Source: Candidatus Heimdallarchaeota archaeon (GTDB lineage: Archaea; Asgardarchaeota; Heimdallarchaeia; Heimdallarchaeales; Heimdallarchaeaceae). Taken from it: a DNA stretch of 32,000 bases. The stretch is taken from NCBI GenBank assembly GCA_030668875.1, contig DAOVER010000003.1:78673-110672 (forward strand), in the 5' to 3' direction. The notes under the pieces are model-generated. The model was not told the origin of the DNA, searched no databases, and saw nothing but the letters and a program-made list of their open reading frames with translations. Numbering within the stretch: the stretch's first letter is position 1; each line of letters starts with the position of its first letter. Positions 18,762 to 27,114 of the stretch are shown here, one piece after another. The translations under genes and the position numbers were made by a program.

Positions 18762-19076
18762 CTAGTTTGGCATTGCTTCTATAATTTGATCTTCTATTAT
18801 TTCCTTAGATTTTTTTCTTCCTCTTGATAATCGAAATAGCTTTATACCTCTTCGAATACTTAGTATTTTTACGGAATTTTTGTAAGCTCTTCTAGTTACT
18901 CTCCGTATATCTCCAGGAACACCATACTTCTTTAATTCTCTATTCACTCTTCTTTTATTTACTTCTCTTTTTATTCCATTGGAGGAAAATACAAAGAAGA
19001 AATACCATGGAAATATAGTGAGCATGTAAAGAATGTACAAAGACGACATGAAAATCGCCCATCCTTTAGTTGCCAT
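18762..19076 (-). CDS. Small membrane protein (N-terminal TM, very basic C-terminal domain)
   Basis: TM at residues 5-30; RELKKYGVP motif; middle gene of an operon with 10-11 nt gaps. Confidence 0.7.
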   Translation of the reverse strand: MATKGWAIFMSSLYILYMLTIFPWYFFFVFSSNGIKREVNKRRVNRELKKYGVPGDIRRVTRRAYKNSVKILSIRRGIKLFRLSRGRKKSKEIIEDQIIEAMPN

Positions 19077-19087
19077 TTTTCCGTCAC

Positions 19088-19438
19088 TCAGTCTTCTCTA
19101 TCTTTGGCAACAGCTTGTTTGATCAGATCTGAATCTAAGGCTTTTCCTACAATATTGAATGATTCTGAGAACTTCATAACGATTTCTTTAATCATATCTT
19201 CAGGTAAACCTTGTTCATTCAACTGTTTGTAAAGGGCACCTATACCTTTTCCAAAGTTTTCTGCGATTTCGGGATCATATAAAGATGTAAATATATTCTT
19301 AACAAGCGCAGGAACCTCAGTTGATACAACTTGTAGTATCTCTCGTATTTCTTCTGGATCATCTACATCAGAACTGATTTTAACCTTTTTTTTGTCTTTC
19401 TTATCGATTTTTTCATCAAAGTTCATTTTTTTTGACAC
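19088..19438 (-). CDS. Conserved archaeal hypothetical helical protein
   Basis: DDPEEIREILQVVSTEVPALV...LYDPE...FGKGIGALYKQL...GLP pattern, recalled from archaeal hypothetical proteins found next to similar wHTH genes. The likely start is ATG 19426 (AGGTG RBS). Confidence 0.7.
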   Translation of the reverse strand: MSKKMNFDEKIDKKDKKKVKISSDVDDPEEIREILQVVSTEVPALVKNIFTSLYDPEIAENFGKGIGALYKQLNEQGLPEDMIKEIVMKFSESFNIVGKALDSDLIKQAVAKDRED

Positions 19439-19465
19439 CTCATTATTGTCTAAGTTTACATTACT

Positions 19466-19514
19466 TGGTCACAAGATTTCAAGCTACTGGCAAGAAGTGA
19501 CCAGAAAGTGACCA
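19466..19514. promoter_or_regulatory. Three TGGTCAC/GTGACCA boxes upstream of the wHTH operon
   Basis: TGGTCAC at 19466-19472; AAGTGACCA at 19495-19503 and 19506-19514 (11-bp period). Confidence 0.55.
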
Positions 19515-19563
19515 TTCGTATGTTAAAAAATAGTTTTAAGTTTTATTTAATCTTTATTATTAA

Positions 19564-20922
19564 TCAATAAACTCTCGTTTTTTGGTTCTTTCTGAATAGA
19601 AACATCAGAAGAATTGATAGTAGGAAAACTGTTACAGAAAATCCTACAACAATATAAAACATGACGAATAATCCTATTGAAGAATTATCTGCAGCTAATC
19701 CCAAGATTAATGAAGCTGAAACTGAGCCCAGCAATCCTATAGTGTTAAAGATTCCAAAAGCAGTTGCTCTTCTTTTTATTTCCGTATAAGTACCCACCAA
19801 ACCATATAGAAGTATGCTGAAAACCACATATGTTGGGAGGCTGTAAACAATTAGACTGAGTACTAAGTTCTCAGGAAATATTGCCATAGTAGAATATATT
19901 CCTATCTGCAAGAATGTCATAATTATTAGCATAAAAATCACCATCTTACTCTTTGTAATTCTACTAAAGACTAAAGAAAGGATAAAACCAGTAGTTGTAA
20001 CAATGATTAGAAAGTAGCTATACTGAACCCACAAAGCTCCTAGCTCTACTCTAAAATAGTATGAAGAATATACCCAAAAACCACCAGAACTTGCTTGTTG
20101 GAAGAAACCTATAATCAAAATTAAGATTAAAATTGGTCGATTTTTGGAGAATTTGATTTTAGATTCATTATTTTCTATTTTTTCTACTTCATACTTCTCA
20201 TCTTTAGTCTTTTCAATTGTCATATCGTTTTTCGCAAAGCTGACGATAGTAAAAGATACAATACATGCGATTACTGCAATAAAAAGTTGAATCGCCATAC
20301 CTGGATTTTCAACCAATTGCGAGGATATGATTCCAGAAGTTGAATCTAAGAATTGTCTCAAGAAATCTGGTTGGTTTAAACTTGTTATATTGTCTTGGAT
20401 GGTAGCAGCTATTGGACTACCTACAAGCCAAGCCAAACTGAAACTTGCAGCAATCTCTCCTAATATTCTTTCTTTTTTCCTTGTAGTTGATAGTGTGGCA
20501 TAAGCATAGAAATTAGCTGTTTGAGCAGAAATAAAAACATTACCTATTAGAATTCCGATTAAAAAAGCTAGAGGTGTTTGAACAAACATCAAGGCGAAAT
20601 ACATGAATCCTGAAGCGCCTATACCAAGCAACACAAATGGTTTTTTTCCGAATTTGTCAGCAAAAATTCCCCAAATCCAAGTCCCAAAAGCAATTACAAA
20701 ACTTGGTATGGCACCGACGAAACCTATTACGAAGTATGTTTCAACTCCAAAAAGCTCTTTTAACCATACTGGAGCATACGGAGCAAACATGGCTGTTGAA
20801 AGTCCTAAAAAGAAGAAACTGACCAGAATAAGAATCTCATTTCTGACGAAATTTAACTTGGGAGACTTCTTCTTCTCTTGTACAAGATGATTTTCTGGTA
20901 CAAAACCGTTTTCTCCAGCCAT
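19564..20922 (-). CDS. MFS transporter
   Basis: About 12 TM helices; motif A WGIFADKFGKKP; RATAFGIFNT in the C-terminal half. Confidence 0.9.
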   Translation of the reverse strand: MAGENGFVPENHLVQEKKKSPKLNFVRNEILILVSFFFLGLSTAMFAPYAPVWLKELFGVETYFVIGFVGAIPSFVIAFGTWIWGIFADKFGKKPFVLLGIGASGFMYFALMFVQTPLAFLIGILIGNVFISAQTANFYAYATLSTTRKKERILGEIAASFSLAWLVGSPIAATIQDNITSLNQPDFLRQFLDSTSGIISSQLVENPGMAIQLFIAVIACIVSFTIVSFAKNDMTIEKTKDEKYEVEKIENNESKIKFSKNRPILILILIIGFFQQASSGGFWVYSSYYFRVELGALWVQYSYFLIIVTTTGFILSLVFSRITKSKMVIFMLIIMTFLQIGIYSTMAIFPENLVLSLIVYSLPTYVVFSILLYGLVGTYTEIKRRATAFGIFNTIGLLGSVSASLILGLAADNSSIGLFVMFYIVVGFSVTVFLLSILLMFLFRKNQKTRVY

Positions 20923-21028
20923 ACACTCTGGATATTTAGGCTATTAAAAACATTTTACTTCTATCTAAAAAGCGAAAAGTTGATAATGTTCTAATGCTAA
21001 AAGCTCTTGAAAGAGTGTTCGATCATCA

Positions 21029-22201
21029 ATGAACGAAAATGAACCAACTAGTGTGAAAGATATTCTAATAGAAATGAAAACGCTCTCAGAGATATGCGTT
21101 GATCTTGCTTTTGCATCTTTACTATATTCAGATAAATTAGTAGCAGAGCAAGTTTTGGTGATAGAAGAAAAAATAGATGCTCTCTATAAAAAGCTTCTAG
21201 ACAGGCTTTCAGTTTCAATCAAGAGCTTGAATCAAGCAGAACAACTGAGAATTTATTATATCATAGGGGAAGCAAACAATATTATTTCAGATTCAGCAGC
21301 TGATATGGCTTCTTTAGTTTTAATGGATTATCAAATTAAAGATGAGATTAAACTTGTTCAGCAACATATGGATCAATTAGTAGATTTAATAGAAGTTAAT
21401 TCTACGTCAATTCTTTGTGGAAAATCGGAAGTCTCAGCAGATCTGCATGATTTGATCGGAATAGACGTAATTGCAATCATTCGTCCTGAAATAGGTGTGA
21501 TAACAGAATATGATGCTGTAATGGAATGTGGAGATTTGTTGATTTTCAGAGGACCATTATACAGTGTAATCGAATTTATTGCTTTAGCAAAAGGAGAGAT
21601 AAAAACAGTTGAAGAGGCAAGGGCACATATCATAGAACAAGGTGATGTTAAATCTGTACCCAAGCTAAAATATCACCAAGATCTTCTTGTAACTATGAAG
21701 GAAACAGCTGAATTAGTTGTTGATTTAGCTTATCTTTATGCTCTTGAGGATTTACCTGATGTTCAGAATCTTATAAGAGTAAATGAAGATAAAATCGATA
21801 AATTGCAGTTTGAGTTAATAGAGGAAGTTCTTAGGTTATTCAAGCAGGATTTGATGGGTCAAAAAACCCTGATGGCTTATCTTAGAATGGCAGATAGTTT
21901 TGAAGAGATAGCTGATGCAGCAATCAAGATTGCATTTGGAGTTACAGCTAGACATAAACCTTATACAATACTCGAGGCGGTAGTCGATGATTCATCAGAA
22001 TCAGTAGATTACATTCATATAACAAAGGATTCAGAATATGTAGGTAAGACTGTAAAAGAAGCAGAATATATGGATGATTTCTTCCAAATACTAGCTCTTA
22101 GAAAGCGAGGACAATATTTCTTCTTCCCAGAAGATAATGTTAAAATTAATGTTGGCGATGGACTATTCATCAAGGAATACTCTAGTCCTGATGATGAGTG
22201 A
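21029..22201 (+). CDS. Tandem (PhoU-TrkA_C)x2 protein, COG3273-like
   Basis: Internal repeat: MKTLSEICVDLAF / MKETAELVVDLAY, IEEKIDAL / NEDKIDKL, ISDSAADMA / IADAAIKIA. Each copy is followed by a TrkA_C-like segment (IDVIAIIRP...GDLLIFRG; ILALRKRG...GDGLFI). Confidence 0.8.
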   Translation: MNENEPTSVKDILIEMKTLSEICVDLAFASLLYSDKLVAEQVLVIEEKIDALYKKLLDRLSVSIKSLNQAEQLRIYYIIGEANNIISDSAADMASLVLMDYQIKDEIKLVQQHMDQLVDLIEVNSTSILCGKSEVSADLHDLIGIDVIAIIRPEIGVITEYDAVMECGDLLIFRGPLYSVIEFIALAKGEIKTVEEARAHIIEQGDVKSVPKLKYHQDLLVTMKETAELVVDLAYLYALEDLPDVQNLIRVNEDKIDKLQFELIEEVLRLFKQDLMGQKTLMAYLRMADSFEEIADAAIKIAFGVTARHKPYTILEAVVDDSSESVDYIHITKDSEYVGKTVKEAEYMDDFFQILALRKRGQYFFFPEDNVKINVGDGLFIKEYSSPDDE

Positions 22202-22215
22202 CCAGTAAACAACTC

Positions 22216-23046
22216 TCACAAACGTGCTGTTATCCATTTTGAGACATCATTGAATGCTTTTGCTCTTATCTCCTCTTTTTCTGTATAGACTTCATGTTTA
22301 GCATTCTTGTATACAATAAATTCTTTGTCTTCTGTCTTTAAATCCTCAAAGAGCTCCTTTTCACCTATTATCATTACATCATTACTTCCTTTTTGCATGA
22401 GAACAGGAATTTGTATTTTACCAATCTCATCCTTAATCTCACTGTAATGATTAATCATAGCAATACCCATTCCAATAGTTCCCGTTTTGTAATCTATCAA
22501 AGGATCATTCTTGTAATCTTCAACAGATTCTGGATCGGAAGAAATGTTATCAGGATTAATGCCAGCATCTCCTTTTAGTTTTGGAGCAAATTTTACCATG
22601 ATTTTCGCGAGTATTAATGATAATTTAGGAAATTTTGGTGGTGACGTACCACATCCAGAAAGAATCATCCCTTTTAACTCTTCATGGTACTTAATAGCAT
22701 ATCTTTGAGCAGCTAATGAACCCATAGAATGACCAATCAGAAACAATGGAATATTTGGGTAAGTCTTATTGATTTGTTCAGTCAGAATGTGAGCATCATC
22801 AACTAATGTATTCACAGTTGTAATATGATTTCGTGTTCCGTCACTCTTCCCATGACCTTTATGATCATGAATGAAAACTGCGAATTTTTCTTTAACCAAA
22901 TGATCAATTAGATTGGAATATCTTCTTGAATGTTCACAGAAACCGTGTAAAATTTGAATTACAGCTTTTGGTTTTTTTACTAACCAAGATTTAAAGAACA
23001 AGTTATAATCACCTATTCCTTGAAAATAACCCTCTGTTTGTTCCAT
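22216..23046 (-). CDS. Alpha/beta hydrolase, lysophospholipase/monoglyceride lipase-like
   Basis: HGFCEH, DHKGHGKSDG, nucleophile GHSMG, acid residue in GSND and His in AKHE. Confidence 0.92.
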   Translation of the reverse strand: MEQTEGYFQGIGDYNLFFKSWLVKKPKAVIQILHGFCEHSRRYSNLIDHLVKEKFAVFIHDHKGHGKSDGTRNHITTVNTLVDDAHILTEQINKTYPNIPLFLIGHSMGSLAAQRYAIKYHEELKGMILSGCGTSPPKFPKLSLILAKIMVKFAPKLKGDAGINPDNISSDPESVEDYKNDPLIDYKTGTIGMGIAMINHYSEIKDEIGKIQIPVLMQKGSNDVMIIGEKELFEDLKTEDKEFIVYKNAKHEVYTEKEEIRAKAFNDVSKWITARL

Positions 23047-23098
23047 AGTTAATAAAAAGAGTAGTAATCCTTAAAGATTTCCTACCAAATTACTCTGA

Positions 23099-23995
23099 TT
23101 ATATTTTTAGAAAGGATTTGATTTTGTCAGCTATACCTTTTATGATTTCTTGAATTGCCTGTACATCTTCACCATCATCCTCTATCTCAGAAACTGATAG
23201 TTTTTGTATCATAGCTGTGTTGAAGATATCGTTATAAGGTATTTTTGCAATAACTGTGTTCTTCCCTTGACAGAACTCCTCAATCTCTTGAGACACTTTT
23301 TCGTTAATATCAGATTTATTAATAACGATATATCCGGGTATTTGAAATTGGATTAAGAGTTCTAAAATTCTTTTTAGATCATGAAGGGCAGAAATTGTTG
23401 GTTCAGTTACAACAACAGCTAAATCACTCCCTGTAAGAGAACTAATTACAGGACAACCAATACCAGGTGAGCCATCAATCAAAACAAGCTTTTTCTTCTC
23501 TTCTTTTGCAACTTCTTCTGCGATTTTTCGTACCTGAGCAACAAGAAGACCTGAGCTTTCTTCACCTGGAATTAAGCGAGCATGAACCATTGTACCTATT
23601 CTTGTATCAGATTTCATATAATGTCCAGAAATCCTTGCATTCATTGAAATAGCTTGTTCAGGACATACATGATAGCAAAGGCCGCAACCTTCACATTTGA
23701 AATCATCTATCTGAATACCTTCAGTTATGGCATCAAATCGACAAGCATCTCTACATAATCCACATTTAGTACATAAATCTTCATCAATTTTGGCAAGTTT
23801 CAATCCCTCATATTCGTGTTTCTCTTTAACATCTGGAGTATAAATGAGATACAAATCAGCTGCATCAACATCTGCATCTGCAAGGATTATATCATCTTTC
23901 ATTAAATAAGCCAGAGAAGCTATCAACGAGCTCTTACCCGTTCCACCTTTTCCAGAAATTACCGTGACTTGTTTAACATCAGTACTTTCATTCAT
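23099..23995 (-). CDS. MinD-superfamily P-loop ATPase with inserted 2x[4Fe-4S] ferredoxin (COG1149-like), copy 2
   Basis: SGKGGTGKS, DADVDAADL, CTKCGLCRDAC, CEGCGLCYHVCP, GEESSG and DGSPGIGCP. Confidence 0.92.
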   Translation of the reverse strand: MNESTDVKQVTVISGKGGTGKSSLIASLAYLMKDDIILADADVDAADLYLIYTPDVKEKHEYEGLKLAKIDEDLCTKCGLCRDACRFDAITEGIQIDDFKCEGCGLCYHVCPEQAISMNARISGHYMKSDTRIGTMVHARLIPGEESSGLLVAQVRKIAEEVAKEEKKKLVLIDGSPGIGCPVISSLTGSDLAVVVTEPTISALHDLKRILELLIQFQIPGYIVINKSDINEKVSQEIEEFCQGKNTVIAKIPYNDIFNTAMIQKLSVSEIEDDGEDVQAIQEIIKGIADKIKSFLKI

Positions 23996-24830
23996 TTTTA
24001 ACCATCTCCTCTATGTTGGAATATAAATTCTGAAATTTACTTTCCCATTCGGGAAATCCTTTAACTAATGGAATGCCTACAGAGTTTTGTTTAGCAATTT
24101 CCATGTCAAACGGGATTTTCATCAATATAGGGACTTTATTCTCTTCGCAATATAATTCTAGTTCATTATTTCCCATGCCATCTTTATTAATTACAACTCC
24201 AAATTTCGTTCCAAGCTTATTAAGAGTCTCAACAACAATTTTCATATCTGACAGTCCAAAAGGAGTTGGTTCCCCTGCCAAAATAACAAAGTCTGCTCCA
24301 TGTATTGCTTCAACCATAGGACAAGCAGATCCTGGAGGAGAATCAACGATTACTATCTTGTCGTTTTTATCTATAGTTTTCATTAATTTACTAATAACTG
24401 GAGTAGCAAGTTCTTCTCCAACTATAAGCTCACCATAATGAAATATTATATGTTCGTTTTTACCTTCATAGATGTAACCCAAAGGTTTGTCTACTTCTGT
24501 AATAGCATTTTCAGGGCAAACGTAACTACATACGCCACAACCATGACATATTTTGTCAAATAGAAGAATTTGTCCAGGAAGATTTGCTAATGCATTGTAC
24601 TCACAACTGTCACTACATTTCCCACATAGGGTGCATATGTCTGTATCTATATCTGGTATAGGTACTGTTGCGGTTGCTATCTTTTTGATATATAAGTCTA
24701 GAAAAAGTGAACAATTGGGTTCTTCAACATCTGCATCAAGTAAATGAGATCCTTCTAAAGAAAGAGCTAAACTTGTTGCAATTAGTGTTTTACCTGTTCC
24801 ACCTTTGCCAGATGCTACTGCTATTCTCAT
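23988..24830 (-). CDS. MinD-superfamily P-loop ATPase with inserted 2x[4Fe-4S] ferredoxin (COG1149-like), copy 1
   Basis: SGKGGTGKT, DADVEEPN, CTLCGKCSDSC, CHGCGVCSYVCP, DSPPGSACP and EPTPFGLSD; 8-nt overlap with the downstream copy. Confidence 0.92.
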   Translation of the reverse strand: MRIAVASGKGGTGKTLIATSLALSLEGSHLLDADVEEPNCSLFLDLYIKKIATATVPIPDIDTDICTLCGKCSDSCEYNALANLPGQILLFDKICHGCGVCSYVCPENAITEVDKPLGYIYEGKNEHIIFHYGELIVGEELATPVISKLMKTIDKNDKIVIVDSPPGSACPMVEAIHGADFVILAGEPTPFGLSDMKIVVETLNKLGTKFGVVINKDGMGNNELELYCEENKVPILMKIPFDMEIAKQNSVGIPLVKGFPEWESKFQNLYSNIEEMVKNE

Positions 24831-24848
24831 CTTGAATTTTTCCTGATT

Positions 24849-25196
24849 TCAATGATCACAACCATCTTTTTGGTCAGCTCTTTTTAGCTTCCCAATCCTT
24901 AGAAGATCAATTGTTTCTTGTATAGTGCCAGTTGCTCCCACAAAAAGTATTACGCCTAGTTGAGTACAGAGATCAATTGCTCTTCTTCCAATTCCTTTGC
25001 AAATGATTGCTTCAGATTTGGTAGCTAGAAATTCTGCAGGCATGCCAACACCACCAAAATGATTACTCTCATTAGGTATAATTTCCAAAGAATCAGTTTC
25101 GTCATCCCAAATACCATAAAATGGCACTCTTCCAAAATGTTCTCCAACTAATGAGTTTCTATCATTATTGTCTATTACTGGAATTGCATATTTCAT
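24849..25196 (-). CDS. NifB/NifX-family (IssA-like, COG1433) protein
   Basis: VGEHFGRVPFY, HFGG.G, IICKGIGRRA, and a C-terminal GCDH; AGGTGA RBS. Confidence 0.88.
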   Translation of the reverse strand: MKYAIPVIDNNDRNSLVGEHFGRVPFYGIWDDETDSLEIIPNESNHFGGVGMPAEFLATKSEAIICKGIGRRAIDLCTQLGVILFVGATGTIQETIDLLRIGKLKRADQKDGCDH

Positions 25197-25205
25197 TTTA
25201 TCACC

Positions 25206-25535
25206 TTAGATTTTTTGTAATTGATTATTTTTCCATTTTTCAACCAATTCCTTCACAGAAATTGCTTTTCCTTGGAACACTTCAACATTGGCTCTTCTTA
25301 ATGCATTATCTGCATTTGGACCTAAATGTGGAGCAATAACAGCCTTGACATCCTTTGAAATGAGGAATTGTACAGCTTGAACACCCGCTCCTCCTCGTGC
25401 ATCAGAAGCAGGATTAGTAAAAAATTCATAACTGTCAGTATCAGCATCATAAATTGCGTAATAAACAGCTCGACCAAATCTTTCATGCATTATTGATTTT
25501 TCATCTTTAACTTCAACAGGTATAGCTAATTTCAT
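25206..25535 (-). CDS. NifB/NifX-family (COG1433) protein
   Basis: RFGRAVYY, NPA..ARGGAGVQAVQFL and APHLGPNA; ATGA overlap with DUF134. Confidence 0.88.
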   Translation of the reverse strand: MKLAIPVEVKDEKSIMHERFGRAVYYAIYDADTDSYEFFTNPASDARGGAGVQAVQFLISKDVKAVIAPHLGPNADNALRRANVEVFQGKAISVKELVEKWKNNQLQKI

Positions 25536-25852
25536 TTTTTCACCTTAGTATTATTGTCTTGTAAGTTTTCTATTGGTTCTTTCTCAAATAACAACGCCTT
25601 AACATCAAAGAGAGCAATAGCTATTTTTTTATGAGCAATAGCTAGATCGCGACTGAAAGATGCTTGTGATATACCCATTTTTTCAGCAGATTTTACTTGC
25701 CTATAACCTTTATAATCTGCATAATATATCGCTGTGATTTCTTCTTTGGTTAAATTCACATACTCAATATCCTTCAGGGGTATAGCTTGAGGTTTGAAAA
25801 TATGTCCATCAAAATCAACACATTTACGTTGTATTTTTCGTTTTTGAACCAT
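25532..25852 (-). CDS. DUF134-family HTH DNA-binding protein
   Basis: IFKPQAIP, LTKEEITAIYYADYKGYRQVKSAEKMGISQASFSRDL..AHKKIA.AL. Confidence 0.85.
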   Translation of the reverse strand: MVQKRKIQRKCVDFDGHIFKPQAIPLKDIEYVNLTKEEITAIYYADYKGYRQVKSAEKMGISQASFSRDLAIAHKKIAIALFDVKALLFEKEPIENLQDNNTKVKK

Positions 25853-25873
25853 GCTGAATCAATCTGCTTAACT

Positions 25874-25890
25874 GATAAATAAAAAGTTTT
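25874..25890 (-). promoter_or_regulatory. BRE/TATA candidate for the DUF134 operon (probably leaderless)
   Basis: Minus strand AAAACTTTTTATTTATC ends about 22 nt before the ATG at 25852. Confidence 0.4.
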
Positions 25891-25898
25891 AGGTGCAT

Positions 25899-25940
25899 AA
25901 TTATTCGTGGTCAATTATTCATGGTCAATTATTCATGGTC
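25899..25940. repeat. 3 x 14-bp tandem repeat AATTATTC(G/A)TGGTC
   Basis: AATTATTCGTGGTC, AATTATTCATGGTC, AATTATTCATGGTC, head to tail with one mismatch in total. Confidence 0.95.
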
Positions 25941-26013
25941 TTTTGTAAAAAAGACGTATAGAAAGTATCATAAATACCTCAAGATTCTTAAGTTATAAGA
26001 GCAGAGTGATGTT

Positions 26014-27021
26014 TTGTCTTTAAGAGGATATATTACTAGAAGAATATTGTATATAGTACCAGTAATGCTAGGTATAACATTGATGAATTTTTCTTTAATA
26101 AATGTAAGTCCTGGTGATCCAATAATAGTTCGTCTAGGCTTAATTCATTGTGAAACACCTGAATGTTACAACTCTGCTTATAATCGAGAAGCTTTGGAAA
26201 TGGGTTTACTTGATGAAGAAATGTATACTGTTCCATGGTTTGAAAGATATGTTTCTTTTGTAAATGATTTGTTACATTTCGACTTTGGTAAAAGCTGGTA
26301 TAACACGCAAGCTGGTGATGGGATACCCATTTCGGAAATTATAATGGATCATGCACCTTATACGCTGATTCTAAACATAATATCTTTCATCTTATCACTA
26401 CTAATGTCAACAGCAATAGGAGTTGTTTCAGCTACAAGACGAAGAAGTGTATGGGATAAAGGTCTTACAATAGCAATGTTGCTGGGGTATTCAATGCCTC
26501 TCTTCTGGATAGCAAAATTGCTGATGTTACTATCGTATGAGCTGTTTAATTTTACAGGAGTTACAAACAAGGACGCATTCATAACACCTATACTCCTTAA
26601 TCCAGCATTCTACAAGTACTTGATACTGCCGACGCTGGCGTTAACGCTAGGACATTTAGTGTTTATGGCAAGATTAATGCGATCACAGCTGTTGGAGATA
26701 CTAAGACAAGATTACGTAACAACGGCGAAAGCAAAAGGAGTATCTAATAGAGGAGTAATATACAAACATGCTTTCAGAAATGGATTGCTACCAATAGTAA
26801 CAATCATAGGTACCTCATTACCAGGATTACTAGGTGGAAGTGTTATGGTGGAATCAGTATTTGGATGGCCAGGATTAGGAACAATATTCCTAGAAGGAGC
26901 CCTGTTCCGAGATTATCCCATGATGATGGCTACGAATACAATCTTTCCATTCTTGTTCTTGGTAGCGAGATTACTGACGGATATAACGTATGTGTTTATC
27001 GATCCAAGGATCAAATATTAG
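26014..27021 (+). CDS. dppB: Peptide/nickel ABC transporter permease (DppB/OppB family), stand-alone
   Basis: YITRRIL, SPGDP, FDFGKSW, ARLMRSQLLEILRQDYVTTAKAKG, HAFRNGLLP, VESVFGWPGLG, RDYP and IDPRIKY. Confidence 0.92.
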   Translation: MSLRGYITRRILYIVPVMLGITLMNFSLINVSPGDPIIVRLGLIHCETPECYNSAYNREALEMGLLDEEMYTVPWFERYVSFVNDLLHFDFGKSWYNTQAGDGIPISEIIMDHAPYTLILNIISFILSLLMSTAIGVVSATRRRSVWDKGLTIAMLLGYSMPLFWIAKLLMLLSYELFNFTGVTNKDAFITPILLNPAFYKYLILPTLALTLGHLVFMARLMRSQLLEILRQDYVTTAKAKGVSNRGVIYKHAFRNGLLPIVTIIGTSLPGLLGGSVMVESVFGWPGLGTIFLEGALFRDYPMMMATNTIFPFLFLVARLLTDITYVFIDPRIKY

Positions 27022-27114
27022 AGATTCTTTTTCTCCTTCTTTCTTATTTTATATCCCAGTTTCAAAGTATCACAAGATTAAAAATGATTTTTGTATAATA
27101 CATATAATAGTATC

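Noticed and set aside
23099-25535. Nitrogen-fixation gene cluster or cell-division MinD
   Set aside because: There are no nifHDK or minCE genes, and the ferredoxin-inserted ATPase plus NifX-like pairs are widespread in non-diazotrophs.
25899-25940. CRISPR array
   Set aside because: The units are 14 bp, head to tail, with no spacers and no cas genes.
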